DNA of 64,000 bases from an uncultured virus (IMG/VR IMGVR_UViG_3300042509_001296) (taxonomy: Duplodnaviria; Heunggongvirae; Uroviricota; Caudoviricetes). Location of the stretch: IMG/VR virus record IMGVR_UViG_3300042509_001296; one strand, given 5' to 3'. The translations under genes were made by a program, and so were the position numbers. The notes below the pieces were generated by a model. It saw only the letters and a list, made by a program, of their open reading frames with translations. It did not search any database and was not told the origin of the DNA. This document shows positions 63,317-64,000 of the stretch, piece after piece; positions within the stretch are counted from its first letter, which is position 1, and the number at the start of each line of letters is the position of its first letter.

Positions 63317-64000
63317 TCACATTAGGCCACGGGTGCTTGCATCATCCCGCAGCATTTGTTCAAAGGTCATCTTGGGCTTAGGTGCCCGGGTATCGTTTGT
63401 TGCAGTTCCCGCCGAGCGGCTTGGATTTCTCGATGCTTCTCGACGGAGGTACTGCATATTCTGTTGAGCCAAATCCGGGGCAGCAGGTTTAGGCGGCTCA
63501 GGTGCTGGTGCCGGAGGTGGTGCCTGCCGGGACTGCGACATGAACTGCTGAATCTGCTGCTGGAGTTGGCCTTGAGAGGCTTGCTGGGCATCAAAGGTCT
63601 GTGCCATCAGGTCCCGTTCCGTCTTAGTGACGGCGTAGTCCCATCTGGCCTTAGGCCCTTGAATGCCAAGTTCTCTTGCCTCTTCGACGTACTTATGTAC
63701 GAGTAACCCCTCCGGTGTGACATTGCCGGTTTGGGGATCGAACAGCCAATCACGATTTTGTTCCTCAATGGACTGAACGTAGGACTCGTTCTCCACCTTT
63801 TGGAACTGCTGCTGGACAATCTCTTGGGCCTGCTTGGCGGCCAAATCCTGCACCATGGGACCCAGTGCTGCCTGTGGGTCCTCCAAGAACTTGCGGGCAA
63901 AGTCAGCCTTGTACTGCTGGTACTCAAGCAGTTCTTCGCGGGCCGAGATTGGGGCTTGGGGATCAATGATCTCCCGGCCTTCTTCGTCTCGGGTCAGGTA
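63317..64000 (-). CDS. Scaffold-like protein, partial
   Basis: Gln/Glu helical with Pro-rich linker, upstream of capsid; frame open to window end. Confidence 0.6.
   Translation of the reverse strand, partial: YLTRDEEGREIIDPQAPISAREELLEYQQYKADFARKFLEDPQAALGPMVQDLAAKQAQEIVQQQFQKVENESYVQSIEEQNRDWLFDPQTGNVTPEGLLVHKYVEEARELGIQGPKARWDYAVTKTERDLMAQTFDAQQASQGQLQQQIQQFMSQSRQAPPPAPAPEPPKPAAPDLAQQNMQYLRREASRNPSRSAGTATNDTRAPKPKMTFEQMLRDDASTRGLM

Overview
The window is most of a GC-rich, podovirus-like, probably temperate dsDNA phage genome. A Planctomycete-type host is inferred from a CsrA homologue, a PEP-CTERM protein, CAP-like secreted proteins and Cys-rich virion proteins. Layout: (1) 1-1478, start of a minus-strand late unit; (2) 1480-2100, divergent non-coding control region with repeated mini-hairpins; (3) 2.1-15.0 kb, plus-strand early region with short genes separated by related hairpin/T-tract modules, a MoxR-type AAA ATPase plus metallopeptidase-vWA module, a LexA-like HTH protein and a serine recombinase; (4) 14.9-23.8 kb, minus-strand recombination/DNA-metabolism module (RecE-like exonuclease, ERF, CsrA, SF2 helicase, HNH, Holliday junction resolvase, dATP/dGTP diphosphohydrolase-like, sigma factor) containing a ~550-nt ORF-free, highly self-complementary segment; (5) a tyrosine integrase beside a 3' tRNA-Met(CAT) fragment that lies inside the RecE reading frame; (6) 24.6-64 kb, minus-strand virion genes (ejection proteins, nozzle, adaptor, about nine modular fibre genes, portal, terminase, secreted proteins, major capsid, scaffold). 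I recognised no DNA polymerase, primase, reverse transcriptase, CRISPR array or classical endolysin. Best candidates for new biology: the large structured non-coding element at 18.7-19.3 kb, the early hairpin-cassette array with its GGGATCGGCCAGTTG element, the tRNA/attP inside recE, and the phage-borne PEP-CTERM protein. All family assignments come from motif recognition by eye, not database searches.
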